The translations under genes were made by a program, and so were the position numbers. A stretch of DNA of 64,000 nt, taken from assembly GCF_018350175.1 (NCBI RefSeq), contig NC_058368.1, positions 65,970,001-66,034,000 on the forward strand, read 5' to 3'. This document shows positions 1-13,669 of the stretch, one piece after another. The notes beneath the pieces are model-generated. The model ran no database searches. It saw nothing but the letters and a program-made list of their open reading frames with translations, and had not been told where the DNA came from. Origin of the DNA: Felis catus (Eukaryota). Within the stretch, counting starts at the first letter, position 1; every line of letters starts with the position of its first letter.

Positions 1-1027
1 AAATACAAAGTTTTATTAAATCCAGTTGATTTATTTTTTGATCTGTTAATGAACTGTATTATTACTCAAACTTCCAGTTTTATCCCTGGAAGCATCCATC
101 AATTAGACCCAACTGAAAACTGAGGGGATGGAGGTTAGAATCTAGAAGTGTTTTGAAATTAATCGTATTATAATACTTTGAGATGATCTGTTTCTTATTT
201 CTTTTACAAAGTATGGGCAATTCTTTGGATTTGGCTCCTTTGTTCACTAATTGTTAAAGACTCTTATAGGTAAAGGCCCAACTTTCAAGGACCCTGTGCA
301 ACCAGGAACAACTCCCAGAGCTGGCCAGTTCAATTGCACCCCCCTCCCCAACCTGGCAGAATAAACTTAACATAAACTGGACAATGGGAGCATAAGTAGA
401 GAGCCATCTTGATTACCATAATTCTAGATCCTGAAAAATTAAACCCCAAAGAGAAACGAAATGTTCTTTTATGGTTTTCTTGAAAGACCAGTGTGCTAAT
501 GAAGGTATTTATGTATTTATCTCTATCACAACATGGATTTTAGGGTTTCTTTGTCTTGTTTTAATGAAAGAGGAATATATGAAGTGCAGCTCTTCTTTGT
601 AGTTGCTGGCAGGATAATACAGTAATCACAGAGATGGTTGTGATGAAACTTGGTACCTCAAGTAGTAAATTAAGGAGCTTACACAGTAGTGGTTTAGGTT
701 CACATACTACTAGCAACAGTAATAAGGAAAATGAGGAAGAAAGATTGTCAAACCTTCATCTGTTGCAGATTGACAAGGCCCGTAAATAACTAGAGTTGCT
801 CCAAATAGTACATTTTCTATCTTCACTCAACCAAAGCTTGCAGATGATCATTTTCTGGAGCCTAGTTCTGAGACATGACAATGGTCCGGAGAAAGATAAT
901 TCTGTGCAAGTCATCAAGGTAGGCAGAAATAAATAAGAAAAGAAGATTCATTTTGCCTGTGAGTATTTCAGAAAGAATTTTCTTTACTGAGATATCCTGA
1001 GAGCTTTCTGCTTGTTCTCTGTGTAAG

Positions 1028-1029
<2 letters not shown>

Positions 1030-1074
<45 letters not shown>
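1030..1074. repeat. (TG)n microsatellite
   Basis: Perfect TG run. Confidence 0.97.
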
Positions 1075-1077
<3 letters not shown>

Positions 1078-1841
1078 CAGAAATGTACATATTTACGTAT
1101 GTATGTATTTGTTAAATTACAGGTCCTAGAGACAGTAGGACATGTTTCTACTTTATCCTGGGTGTTACCTTCTCAGTGCTAGTGAAGCTTTCATGAGGAA
1201 GAAAACACTGTGTTCTCTGGAGTGTGCTTGTCATTGACAATCTCCTCACCCCTGTGGATACTTCAAAAAGTTATGTCAAGTCCTCAACGTACATCTACAA
1301 GGGTTTTGCTTTTATGATTCAGACCTGGCCCTTTTAGTGCTTGCCTTTCAGGTCAAAAGCCAGAAAGTCAGCCTCTCCAGAAGGCTGATTCACACTTGAA
1401 CTTCAGATTTATGACCACTAGACTTGATTTTTAGAACCATTTTTATCCAAGTAGATACTGTTTATTCTGTGGACGGTGATCTTAATTTCCACCATATCCG
1501 TATATCTTGTATCAAAGTATACAACTTTGCTATCCATGTTGTTGCTGTTGATGATGTATTTATTTGAGAATGTTAACGAGATTGTTCTCAAGTAGAAAAT
1601 AGCATCAGTTTAATGTAATTTTTTGAAAATCTCTAATCAATATTTTTCAGACAATGAGAGAATCCTGACAATATACAAACTGTATTCCCGAACATATGAT
1701 ACTGTTTTGGAACTCAGGATCTACTATTTGCATTATATTTATTATTTGTCCATTCTATACCAGGCATTTGTTGGAAGTGCAGAAATTACAAAGCAAAAAG
1801 GAACTAGACCTTCTTGCCCTCACTGAGTTTAGAGTCTAATT

Positions 1842-2150
1842 CAATGCTGTCCAATAGAAATATAATGCAAGCCACACTTATAATGGGAAAACTTTTAATA
1901 GCCACATTAAATAAAGTAAAAGGGAACAGGTCATATTAATTTTCATAATACATACTTTCTTTAATATATCCAAAATATTATAAAATCAGTATGCAAACAA
2001 ATTTTAAAAATTATGAATGAGATAGTTTATGTTCTTCCTTTATTCTGAGTCTTTAAAATCCAGTTTGGATGTTACTGTCACAGCACATTTCAGTTTGAAA
2101 TAGCCACATTTCAGTGGCTTCATAGTGTCATGTCATTTGGGCAGCATGGA
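1842..2150. mobile_element. MER33-like hAT-Charlie DNA transposon fossil
   Basis: Begins caatgctgtccaatagaaatataatgcaagccaca; internal tagccacattt motifs. Confidence 0.65.
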
Positions 2151-2329
2151 TCTAGTTGTTGGAATAAGAAGAGCAATGATCCTAACCACAGGTGGATGAA
2201 GCTAGGACCTTGGCTTTATGGGAGGATAGGGTACCTACCACCACTTGTTTGGCAGTGGATAATCAGACTGCTTCCAATTAAAGTCGTACTTTATCTGTTC
2301 TTGAATGAAAATAAAGAGCCACCCAGGCC

Positions 2330-2450
2330 AGCATATAGTAGGAATATAGATTTGGGAATCAGGCCAAAGTTCAAGTCCCACCTTTGCCACTTACCAGCTG
2401 GATTCCTTGAGCCAGTTAATTAACTGCTTTAAGTTTCAGTTTCCTCTTGG
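2330..2450 (+). mobile_element. MIR fragment
   Basis: ttcaagtcccacctttgccacttaccagctg...cagtttcctc core. Confidence 0.55.
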
Positions 2451-2679
2451 TAGTGTTGTCACGTTGTGGTAACACGAGAAATGCACCTGGCACATTGACT
2501 GACATGTACTGGATACGCTCGGTGGATGCAAACGGCTATTGCTACAACTACGTAGAAGATCATATTGCAAAGTATCCTAATAAGTTTGTATGGGTTGAAG
2601 GACACATCATTCTCAACCTTGGCTGGGCATTAGAATTATCTGGGAAATTTTAAAAAGTACTGATGAGAAATTCAGGAAA

Positions 2680-3355
2680 GCCATAAGTCAAATGACACAT
2701 CAAGGAAACCAACTGATAAATCCATAAAGTAGTACATTCCACAGGACAATCAATGCATTCCCAGGACAAATCAGTGACAGAGAATAGAGATGGGGTTAAT
2801 GGAGGGGGTGGCTGCTGCTCTAGGTTTAATTTAAAAGATTTAATGGATTTAATATCCAAATGTGATGTGTTGGTTTAATTCTGATTCAGAGAAATTGACC
2901 ACAAACATATTTTTTATAGGACTCAGAAGATTCAGCATAGTCTTAGATAGGAGATAATGGCAAAGAATTATTCTTACTTGTTCGTGAAATGGTGATACCT
3001 GGAATTTGTTTTAAAATATTTAAACAATAGGGGCACCTGCGTGGCTCAGTTGGTTAAGTGTCCAACTCTTGATTTCAGCTTAGGTCATGATCTCATGGTT
3101 TGTGAGATTGAGCCCTGCATAGGGCTCCATGCTGACAGCGTGGAACCTGCTTGGTCTTCTCTCTCTCCTACTCTCCCTCTCTCTTAAAATAAATAAATAA
3201 ACTTAAAAAAATACTTAAACAACAACAACAAAAACCCCAGGTCAACAAATGTGGTGAAATCTTGATAATTTTTGAAGCCGACTGATAAGTATATGGAGAT
3301 TCATCGTACCACTCTTTTTTTTATTGTTGAAGTTTGAAATTTTCAAAATTAAAAA
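2680..3355 (+). mobile_element. Old L1M (MC/ME-type) 3' end, interrupted by a CanSINE
   Basis: Typical old L1 3'UTR tail (tatatggagattcatcgtacc...gtttgaaattttcaaaattaaaaa). Confidence 0.5.
3030..3210 (+). mobile_element. CanSINE
   Basis: ggggcacctgcgtggctcag head, (CT)n, A-rich tail, TSD aaaata(t/c)ttaaacaa. Confidence 0.92.
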
Positions 3356-3539
3356 TATACATATTTATTAACTAATATTGAGCAAATGCCAAAACAAAAC
3401 CAAACACTGCTCCTTTGGCACTAGAGATTCTATTTTAATTTGTCTGAAGAATGAATAGGGACTTGGGCATTGCTTCCCCCCCCCCCCCCCCGCCAGGAGA
3501 GGATTCTGGAAGTGTGGGCGGGTGCCATACTATTCATAA

Positions 3540-4000
3540 ATGTTATTTAAATGCTTTTGGAAGCCAAGGGTTTTAAGCTGAGAAACAGTATTGGTTGTAC
3601 TCACATTTTACCAAAAGACCGCTCTGACAGGGCTATGGAGAATGGGTAACTAACATGCAAATTGGAAGTTGGGAAGGAAATAGGCAAGAAATGGTGAGGG
3701 GCTGAACTCAGGTAGTGAATGTATGTATTGAAATGGAGGGACAGGATTTAACAGCCATCTACGAGGTAGGACTGACCAAAATTGTAGAGATGTTTTGGGG
3801 AGACCGAGGACTGGTGGTTGGTGAGGCAGAAGAAGGAGATGTTGATGGCAGCTTGGTTTCTGATTTGGGCAGCTGGATAAACGGGTAGAACCACCATTTA
3901 TTAAAATAAAACTTCTCTACAGATTTTCAGGGAATGAAGAGGGAAGCCATCGCTTCAGTTGTGAATCACATAGTTTGAGGTCACAGTGGAAATACTGTAT
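3540..4000 (+). mobile_element. L2 remnant
   Basis: Purine-rich L2-like motifs (aagccaagggttttaagc, ggtttctgatttgggcagctgga). Confidence 0.5.
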
Positions 4001-4079
4001 ATGAGCAAGAAAAGCATCAGGAGGATCAAGAAGTATCTTAGAGAGATCAGGCCCTGTGCTCAATGCTTCCTTGTGTTGT

Positions 4080-4255
4080 GTCGGGAATCCTCACCAGAGC
4101 TCTCTGAGGCAGATCCTGTAATTGTGTCCATCTGATAGATAAGGAAACTAGCTTACCGGGGTTCAGTACTGTGCTCAGGGCCTCACAGCCAGTAGGGGCA
4201 GGCATCAGGACTCGGAGCCAGTCAACTTCCAAGCCCGTGCTCTTTATCACAGTGT
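4080..4255 (-). mobile_element. MIR
   Basis: aatcctcaccag...gataaggaaact...ctcacagccagta...ttccaagcccgtgctcttt. Confidence 0.65.
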
Positions 4256-5158
4256 TACAGAGTCATCCAAAGTGGGCAAGTGATTCCACAATGGGAAGAG
4301 AAGACAAAAAATAATAGGTTTGCCATTAATATTAGAAGCCAAGTATTTAGAAATGCAAATAACCCATAAACATATGTCTGATAACAAGATCTTTGCATAA
4401 TGAGAACATTTTTATTGCATATGATATTACTTCATTCAAAGATCTCCTAATGCCTTTTCCAGTATTTTAATAGTCTTGCAAACAGGGCACATAGGTCAGA
4501 TTAATCTACTGCTTAATCATAATGCTAAAAAGAATGCTGATTGCCTAAGTTTTGTTACTGTTACTTAGATTATTTTTAAGGAAATTTTGTGCAGTTAGAT
4601 GTCTCTAGAAGTTTAGAAACAAACAGACCAGTACAAATGTTCAGCATCAATGGTAGCAGAGACGTTTGAGGACATTGGACTGCACTGACTGAGCATTCTG
4701 GTTTTCCTCCCACTTTTCCTCTTCTAATTTCCAAGAGTCTCTTTCCCAGATTGATATGGAAATCACCAGAATTCTCTCTGGTGTTACTAACAATCAAAGT
4801 GGAAAAGGAAGATTGCCATTAGATTTACTTTTTCAAAAGTATTTTTCCACCTGGAAAAGGCTGTTTGTTTTCAGAATTTCCCCCACAAGAGTGTTGTCTA
4901 AAGCTTCAAATAGTCAGGATTGAATAAATATTGTATTATATCGAGATGCTGGGGAGATGAGGGGGGACCCCTCATGGTGAGTAGGAAAAGCCCAGGTTTT
5001 GCAGTAAGGTGTCCTGCTTTTGACTCTTGGTTCCCTTTCTGGCTTGGTGACCCTGGGCATGTTATTTAAAGTTCCTGATTTGCTGTTGCCTGATCATGGA
5101 ACTGGGAATAAGAAGACCTACCTGTGACAGCACGGTGGTGAAAGAAGCTTAGCTTACC

Positions 5159-5410
5159 TGTATTGTTTTCTACTACTGCCCTAGCAAATTCCACTAAACT
5201 CTGTGGCTGAAAACAACATAGATTTATTTTCTTAGGATCCAGGAGGTCAGAAGTCCAAAATGGGTCTCACTGGGCTTAAGGTGTTGTCGGGGCTGGTTCC
5301 TTTTGGAGGTTCCAGGAGAGAATCCATTTCCTTGCCTTTCTCAGCTTCTGAAGGCAGCTTAGATTCCTTGGCTCTTGGCTCCTTCCTCACATTATTCCAT
5401 CCTCTTGCTG
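5159..5410. mobile_element. MLT1 (MaLR) LTR fragment
   Basis: tgtattgttttct...ggctgaaaacaaca...ggaggtcagaagtccaaaatgggtctcactgggct. Confidence 0.75.
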
Positions 5411-5466
5411 TTATGAAGCATCCAGTGCACTTTGCACATGCGACAGGGAGGCTGCTTACTACAGGG

Positions 5467-5690
5467 CAGCAGTTCTCAAGCAGGGACAATTTTGCTCCCT
5501 AGCGAGGAGATGTCTGGAGACATTTTTGGTTATTACAACTTTGTGGGGGTGGCAAGTGGAGTGCTATGGGAATCTAGTTGGTAGAGCCTAGGAATGCTGC
5601 AAACATCCAGCAGGACTCATGACGGCTCCCCCATTACAAAGAATTATCCTCCCAAAATTGCAATAGTATCAAGACTGAAAAAATCTTGGT
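5467..5690. mobile_element. MER20-like DNA transposon
   Basis: cagcagttctcaa...gtctggagacatttttggttattacaact...aagaattatc. Confidence 0.75.
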
Positions 5691-5858
5691 ATCTAGATCA
5701 AGATTACTGACCCCAGAGTCTGAATGCCTGGCTTCAAACCTGGCTCTACCGCTCACTGAAGCAGCCTTGGCCATCTGGTGGATCTCTCTGAGCCTCAGGT
5801 GGTTGTTTGTTTAAAAAATTTTTCTATCTGTAGAATGGGACTAATAATAGTATCCATC

Positions 5859-6075
5859 GAGGCACCTGGGTAGTTCACTCAGTTAAGTATCCAACTTTGG
5901 CTCAGGTCATGATCTCACGGTTTGTGGGTTCGAGCCCCATATGGGCGCTGTGCTGACAGTTCAGAGCCTGGAGCCTGCTTTGGATTCTCTGTCTCCCTCT
6001 CTGTCTGCCCCTCCCCCTGCTCTCATTCTCTCTCTCTCTCTCTCAAAAGTAAATAAACATTAAAAATTTTAAAAA
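5859..6075 (+). mobile_element. CanSINE inserted into a MIR
   Basis: tRNA-like head, (CT)n, A tail; TSD taatagtatccatc; MIR sequence on both sides. Confidence 0.92.
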
Positions 6076-6699
6076 TAATAGTATCCATCACATAGGGTTT
6101 TTGTATGTAAATGTTATATACATGGAATAAATATATGTAAATGAAATAATGTATGTAAAGCCTTGACATCTAGTAAGCATTCAATAAATGTTAGTTCTTC
6201 TTAATACTAACATTGGCACTCAGGACATATTAATAATTGTTTTTCTGTGCCTTTTCAGAGATTTTCAGAATGTAATGAAAACAAGTATAAGGGAAACGCT
6301 GTCATTGTTTTATAAATACAGTACATTTAGCTCCAATGGTAGGCCAAATTATTGCACCAACCATTGTTTAGAAAATCAAGGTGTTTGCACAACTGAAGGC
6401 CCATAAATGAGATATCTAAACCCCTGCCACGTCCACGAAATCTGTCTCCTTTCATAAAATCTCACTTAGGCCACAGAGAGGACCTGAAAGTAAATAGCTT
6501 CATATCCCTCAAGCCTCTATCTCAGGTAATCAGACCTTGGCAAACCCACTTAGCATGATGCACTTCGGGCCATCACAATATCCCCTGTGGCTTGGTGGAT
6601 ACATGTAAATGAGGAGGCTTATCAAATCACTAGTTCTGTCGTGGTGTGATTTGTTTACTTTTAAACATGCCAGTGTGGTTTTAGAAAATATGCATACAA

Positions 6700-7025
6700 T
6701 ACTGTCCTCCAACCCTGCAATAGTACGTATCACTAATAGCCACATGTAGCCACAGATCATGTGAAGGGTGGTTATTTCTAATCGAGATGGGCTGTTACAT
6801 ACAAACTATATACCATGTTATAAGGATTTAACATGGAAAAAGAATATAGCATCCCATTAATATTTTTATGTTGAGTTCATATTGATATGATAGCATTTTG
6901 ACATATAGAGTTGAATAAAATGTATTATTAACATTAAATTTCAGCTACTTTTTTTTGATGGGACTATTATAAAGTTTGAAATGACACATGTAACTCACAT
7001 TACATATCTGCTGGGCAGTATGGTT
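6700..7025. mobile_element. MER33-like DNA transposon fossil
   Basis: tagccacatgtagc...gttgaataaaatgtattatta...cacattacatatctgctgggcag. Confidence 0.55.
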
Positions 7026-7179
7026 CTAAACTTTGTTCTCTTTGTTCTCTCATTCTGAGGCAAATACAATGTGAACCAGCCTGTCCTAGACGAACAAAGG
7101 ATGCCAATGGACACAAGGAAAAATTGCAAAGGAATTAAATTAAAACATGAGATTTCAGTCCCCTCAGACAATGTTTCCC

Positions 7180-7350
7180 TAGTGGTAGTTCTTGAATAAC
7201 TTGCAAGGGAATCTCTTGGGGTGGTTGTAAAAAATGCAGATTCATGGATTCCATTCAGCCATAACTACTCAGAATCTCTGGGCCCAGGAAGCTGGATTTT
7301 AAACAAATTCCCGCTTGACTCTTAGGTGTACTAGACTTGAAAATCACTGA
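7180..7350. mobile_element. MER5-like DNA transposon
   Basis: tagtggtagttct...aaaaatgcagattc...ttgaaaatcactg. Confidence 0.55.
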
Positions 7351-7767
7351 CAAACAAATTTATCAAGACTAAAGAGGAAAAAATAAAGATCAGATAGCAG
7401 AAATTCCCTGCCACATGAACAAGAGTAGTATCCCTGATTTAATACACATAATACCACTCACCACTGTACCTAAGAACTAAAGCAATGTGCATTAGTGAGT
7501 TATACCTGAGTTGTAGAGGAACTAGAATTCCAATATCATGTGTTTCCACAGTAAGTCACAGTGCACCGCAGCCTTCTGGGATGAAAAATCATCTTATTCA
7601 GGATATATAAATGGAATTTAGCCCTCTCTGTCTTCACTGTATTAAGTCACCCATAGACCAAAATGCAAGAAAATATTGTGTGTTTTTTTTCATTAAGGGA
7701 AAATATTGGTTGTCAAGTGTCCCTTTTAAAAAATAAAGAGGAAGGGGGAATATGAATGTGTAGGTGC

Positions 7768-7771
7768 ATAT

Positions 7772-7814
<43 letters not shown>

Positions 7815-7860
7815 CATATATGTGTATTTGTGTGTGCATATATGTGTGTGTGTGCGTGTA
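7768..7860. repeat. Compound (TG)/(TA) microsatellite
   Basis: Direct observation. Confidence 0.9.
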
Positions 7861-8745
7861 TTATGGAGTTAGCTAAGTAAAGTAGATATTAGAAATCCAA
7901 AGAAATCATTTGTGTGATAAATAAGGTTGCTTATTACTAAGCTACTATGATTATAGAAGTTTAATGAAATTTTAATTACATTATGTGCCTACTCAAATAT
8001 TGGTTTTGAACATTAATCGAGTTACTTGAGAAGCATTTCATGGAATGGGAAATAAAAATGAAATGGCTTATTTACTTATCCCAATGCATTAAAATAAAAC
8101 TCAGTAGGGGAACTCGTAAGAAAAAATGAGAGCCCTATGCAGAAATCTCATTCAGTATAAACCACGGGTGGGTTTTCACCTGTATAAATCATCTTTGGTG
8201 ATTGAAAACGACCATAGCTATGCTCACAAGACAATGCTTGAAATGCAGTATATATGACTTACGTGTAAGTTGTGGCCCACTACTTCTTGTGATGTCATAA
8301 GATTAGAAACCCACCAGGTAATTTGCTGTTAATAGGTGTACAAGATGTCTTAAATTCTTTTCAAAACCAGTGCTATTTGTCAGGTCCGGTCATCAATAAA
8401 AAGAAAGGATGAGAAGGGAATAGAGAAAGCAATGAGACGTAGGGGAAAGTGGTTGTTTGCCTTGGGTAGCAGGAGACTGACACTGAACCGCTGTGACAGC
8501 TTCGAACTAAGCTGTTGCATATGTTTTCTGTCTCAGCGATTTCTTTCCTGGTGTAAATTATATGGGACGGTGACTTTGCTAAAATCTAGATGTCAAACTG
8601 CTCTGCTACCCCATATATGTTTATTTTTTAATTATCGTCAAAAATATGCTAGATTCAGGTTAGTAGCCCAGGTTGAAATGGAAATTTCAAGGGACAACCA
8701 AGTATTCATTTTATTTGTGAACAGCCTTTAAACAAGTATTGTCAT

Positions 8746-8960
8746 GGGGCGCCTGGGTGGCTCAGTCGGGTAAGCATCAACTTCAGCTCAGGTCATGATC
8801 TCGCGGTTTGTGAGTTTGAGCCCCGTATCAGGCTCTGTACTGACAGCTCAGAGCCTAGGGCCTGCTTTGGATTCTGTGTCTCCCTCTCTCTCTGCCCCTC
8901 CCCTGCGCATGCTCTGTCTCTCTCTGTCTCAAAACTAAATAAAACATTGGAAAAAAAATT
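8746..8960 (+). mobile_element. CanSINE
   Basis: Full head and tail; TSD tttaaacaagtattgtca. Confidence 0.95.
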
Positions 8961-9199
8961 TAAACAAGTATTGTCAGCTGCGTAGTGGCCAAGGACTTTT
9001 GTCAGTTATCAACTCAGTCAGATCAGTAGATCCATGGAGGAATGTCTTTTGGAATATAACTGGGACAACTCTGAATTAGCACTGTTTTTATCTACAGTCA
9101 GAAATTATAGCCTTAAACAATACACTGAGAGCAAAAGTTAACACCTACATGTACTACTGTCAAAATTGAGCAGTCTTCATGTTTAATATTATTACCTTT

Positions 9200-9353
9200 T
9201 TAAATTTTTTTTAATTTATTTAGTTCTGAGAGAGAGAGTAAGAGAGAGCATGAATGGGGCAGGGGCAGAGAAACAGAGACACAGAATCCGAAGCAGTCTC
9301 CAGGCTCTGAGCTGAAGTCGGATGCTTAACTGACTAAGCCACCAGGTGCCCCT
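9200..9353 (-). mobile_element. CanSINE with internal deletion
   Basis: Reverse head ccaccaggtgcccc; middle of the tRNA region missing; TSD taatattatta(c/t)cttttta. Confidence 0.88.
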
Positions 9354-9632
9354 AATATTATTATCTTTTACTGTAACTTCTATGAAAGAACAGCTGATAG
9401 AAATGCATACAGAATTTAATACTTCTTTCTAATGAAACACTTTTAATTTTTATAGACCTTTGCAAATCTAGAATTGCCTTACTTAAAAAAGGTATTAAAA
9501 TATCCTCAGGAAGTTGCACATATACAAAATCTCTTCTGATCTTAGTCATGGGAACCATTATAGGCACCAAACCTCTAAGATGATTTTCTTGGCATGCAAG
9601 TTTACTCTAAATGCTGTTATTATATCTCAAAT

Positions 9633-9830
9633 ATTTTTTAAGTTTATTTTGAAAGAGACAGAAAGAGAGCACATGTCAGGGGCAGAGAGAGAGGGGGAAG
9701 AGAGAGAGAAAATCCTAAGCAGGCTCCCCGCACTGAGCCAAATGCAGGGCTCAAACTCACGAACTGTGAGATCATTACCTGAGTTGAAATCAAGGGTCAG
9801 TCACTTAACCGACTGAGCCACCCAGGAGCT
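9633..9830 (-). mobile_element. CanSINE
   Basis: Reverse-oriented gactgagccacccagg with a (GA)n tract. Confidence 0.88.
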
Positions 9831-10258
9831 GCACAAATAATTTTTAAAAATTAATATAAGTATAACCACTTTTTTATGATAAACAAAAACCGAAACAGAA
9901 GCAGGCCCAATTGATGCTGAATTCATAAGTGAATTCATTTTTAAGTGTTACTTAATTCTAGTCCATAAATAATGCATTTAAGCATTAAAGCCTAAAATAT
10001 TACTTAAACTTAACCAGCTGCATTTCGATTTAATTTGAAGTCCAATGGCTCTTTCTTAGTTTGCAGAATTAAGGTTGACCCAGTTGGCAGTCTTACAGAT
10101 TTAATGTTCATAGATTCTTAAGGCTTTAGAGACCCTACCATGTAACTCTGATAATTAATTGTTTTAAGAAGTGAAATTAGGTATATTAAATGGTGGAGCT
10201 GAAAAAAATGGTATCCAGAATATGAAACTCCAATAACCAAGATTTTTCAGACAAATAA

Positions 10259-10485
10259 GGGGCGCCTGGGTGGCGCAGTCGGTTAAGCGTCCGACTTCAG
10301 CCAGGTCACCATCTTGTGGTCCGTGAGTTTGAGCCCCGGGTCAGGTTCTGGGCTGATGGCTCGGAGCCTGGAGCCTGTTTCCGATTCTGTGTCTCCCTCT
10401 CTCTCTGCCCCTCCCCCGTTCATGCTCTGTCTCTCTCTGTCCCAAAAATAAATAAAAAACGTTGAAAAAAAAATTAAAAAGAAAA
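10259..10485 (+). mobile_element. Young feliform CanSINE (SINEC_Fc-type)
   Basis: ggggcgcctgggtggcgcagtcggttaagcgtccgacttcagccagg; 20-bp TSD aagatttttcagacaaataa. Confidence 0.96.
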
Positions 10486-11689
10486 AGATTTTTCAGACAA
10501 ATAAAAAGAAAGAAATTTAGAAAAGCATCAGAAAATTGAATGACAAAGAAAATCTTCCCTGACGTTCTAAGAGCTTTGGGAGGTTATGAAGGTGACAGAT
10601 TCTAAATTAGAAGCATTCAACTCACATATTAATAAAAAATGGAACAGGAACAGGATTTTTTGCAGGAAAGGAAGAAACAGCAGGCCTTTTGAAAAGGAAT
10701 CTTGCTGTTGCTTCTTGGCTGACTTGCAATTAAAAATGAAGGAGCAATTGAACATGTCTGAAAAAATTCGATTCTCTATGCATCGGGCATGGCTGAATAG
10801 TTTAGATTGTCAAAAGCACTAGCTTGCCCAATATATATTAGGGACAAGGGAGAAAAAAAAAAAACAACATGAAACTGTTTAATGTAAAACCAGAATTTTG
10901 ACAGCCTGCATTGTATCTTAATTGTTTTACATTTGCATGGGAAAAGAAGATGCCTTATTTGTTCACAGAAAGGCCCAGAGTTATGATTTTCAGTTCTTTA
11001 TCTCATCTGCTGAAGTAGCAGATGAGCCCCCCAAAAAGAACAAAAACAGAACACCAGAATTCGGGGGGCACTTAACATTCTTTTTTTAAAACTACATATT
11101 AATGAATAAATGCACACTGCTAAATGTATCACGTGCATGACCTCATCCCATGCTCTTTCCAAACTGGAAGGTAAATATACACATTTTGTCCATTTTTCAA
11201 AGGGAGAAACTGAGGCACAGAGGCACGAAGCGTCCTACCAGCACTTATATAGTTTAGTGTCACAGCTGTGGACTGTGGATGCTAACTTTAATTTTCTTCT
11301 CTTCTGTAGATTAAGAATAATATGTATAGCTTATGCAAAATAATAGGAAGGAAAGTAGTCTTTTTCCTTGCCTTGAGCTCCTAATCCGTTTTATTTCAAC
11401 CTCTTTGATACATATTGTTTTCTATTTTGCACTATTATTTATACACTTTTTTGATTATTCTCATTGAACTTAAGATTCTCCTGCACAATTAGTAGTTTCT
11501 TGATTTCATTCCTTTTTTAAATGCATCTATTTAATTTAATAGAAGACATTACATTTAAAAAGTCTGGGAATTAGGAATATTAACTTTTTTTCCCCACCTT
11601 CTAATTTTTGAACGTTGTCACAGAGGAAGCCTCTCAGTAGGCTTTCAGAAATGATACCAGCTCTGGTGCGGATGGGTTGATGCTTATAT

Positions 11690-12200
11690 GGACATAGAGA
11701 TAGCAAGCATAATGAATCATATCTGAATTAAATGATGCCTCTAGATCTAAATATCACATAAAATAAATAAACAGCAAAAAAGGGGGTTGAGCAAAGGCAC
11801 TGTTATAGATTAGAGACCTAAAAGATAAAGCAGCCAAATATGGAATGTGGGAACGATTTTTGTATTGAGATTTGAGCAAATAAACTTCTGAGACCATCAA
11901 AGGCTAACAACACTGAGAATATTTGAGATTTGTTTTAATTTTTCGGGATGACAATGGTATTGTGGTTATGTTTTCTTTTAAGAGTCTTTATCTCTCTTAC
12001 AGACACGTACTGAAATGTTTATGGATGAAATAAAAAGATGTCTGGGATTTGTTTTAAAGTAACTGACCATGGTGGGAAAAGTGGAAAGTAGACAGACAAG
12101 ATTGGCTTTATTAATAAATTGTTGAGGCTGAATGATATATACATGGAGGTTTTCTCTGTTTCTCTGGGTGGTAAAGATTTTCCAAAATAATAAAGTAAAG
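11690..12200 (+). mobile_element. Old L1M 3' end
   Basis: aatggtattgtggttatgtt...tactgaaatgtttatggatgaaat...tctgggatttgttttaaa. Confidence 0.6.
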
Positions 12201-12498
12201 ATCCAGAAGATTTTGACACATAATTGGTATTGCATTAAATTAAAAATTTTGTACCTTACCTTCTCATAAAACACTGTCATTAGACATGAACAATATAGGC
12301 CCTAAAACATGTCTTCCAACACAAACATCTATCTTACTTGATACAGAGAACACACTGAATATCTAAAATAGACTGTAGAAAACTTTTGTTATATCCAATA
12401 ATACAAAACCTTTGAACAACAACATAAAATTGAAGTCATGATTTAAGTTTTCTGGTGAATAGACTGAAACTGAGGGGTGTGTTAGAACACTGAGTGCT

Positions 12499-12746
12499 GG
12501 GGTGCATGTGTGGCTCAGTCATTAAGCATCTGACTTCTGCTCAGGTCTTAATCTCATGGTTCGTGAGCTTGAGCCCCACTTAGGGTGAGCATGAGCCGCA
12601 CTTTAGGTGAGCTCTGCTTCTCTCTCTCTCTCTCTCTCTCTCTCCCTCCCCCCCACCCCCGTCTCCTGCCCCTCCTGGAATTATCTCTCTGTCTCTCTCT
12701 GCCCCTCGCTCACTTGCATCCCCCCTCAAAAAAAAACCCAAAACAA
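12499..12746 (+). mobile_element. CanSINE (variant with longer body)
   Basis: Head, (CT)n, A tail; TSD agaacactgag. Confidence 0.88.
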
Positions 12747-13669
12747 AAGAACACTGAGGGCTGGATGCAGGAGGTATTTTTCTCATTTGTACATTGATGG
12801 AGAGGGTGAGTGTGCCTGTTTGTATTAGGTGTCTCTAACGTGCCTTGCAACTCCAAAATTTGACTTTTTCAGATGCACTGTCCCTTTCAGGTGCACTGGC
12901 CCACCATACTAATTCATCAGAGGGGTATGAATTGAGGCCTGTGATTAGTGTACAAGCCAATGGCTTGAAATGTCGACAGTGGCAGTCCAGAACACCCTGC
13001 TCCTAAGATGTATTTTGACACTTTCATCAGTAGTGGATTTTGTTTTTATTTTCAAAGCCCTGTATAAAACATGGGATAGTTGAGTGATTTCTTGAAGCAG
13101 TCAAAATATCAACTTCTTCCACATGAACAAACCAAAGCACATTTTTGTGTAGCTGCTTGTGTCTGTCCTTAAAGAGAGATGATATGTCAATCATTACCGC
13201 ACTAATAAGACCATCCAGAAAATAGTATATTCATCAAAGTAGACACTTAAATATGAGCTCTTTTGCAGGACATTGTCACAGGTCTCCAGGAATCTATACT
13301 ATGGAAGAGGCAATATATCCTTAGCTTGGCCAATGCCCACGACTTTAAAATAGTATACTTAAATTGATCTTTAAAAATACATGAAACTTTAGCATGATGC
13401 AAAATGATGATAATATCAGTTCCAACTCTTGCATTAGTAGTCTTTCTTAAAACATACCTGCTGTACAGAAATCTCTTACCCAACGCCATTTGGACTCGTC
13501 AGCCGTATCTATAGAAGCCATTTGAACCTTAAAGAGAATCCTGAGTTTGGGCTCCGAAGCAACGTTACACATCTTACTACTTAAGAGAAACCTTGTCTAA
13601 ATGTTAAACTAAGCTACTCTCCTCATTCATGATAGTGGGAAGTATTGCACACAACAGATAGCATAGTAA

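Noticed and set aside
844..918. AG...GT-bounded candidate exon
   Set aside because: No recognisable peptide and no partner exons. The same applies to a candidate at ~6259-6338.
10259..10340. tRNA gene-like A/B box sequence
   Set aside because: It is the tRNA-derived head of a CanSINE, followed by a CT tract, A tail and TSD, as at all similar sites in the window.
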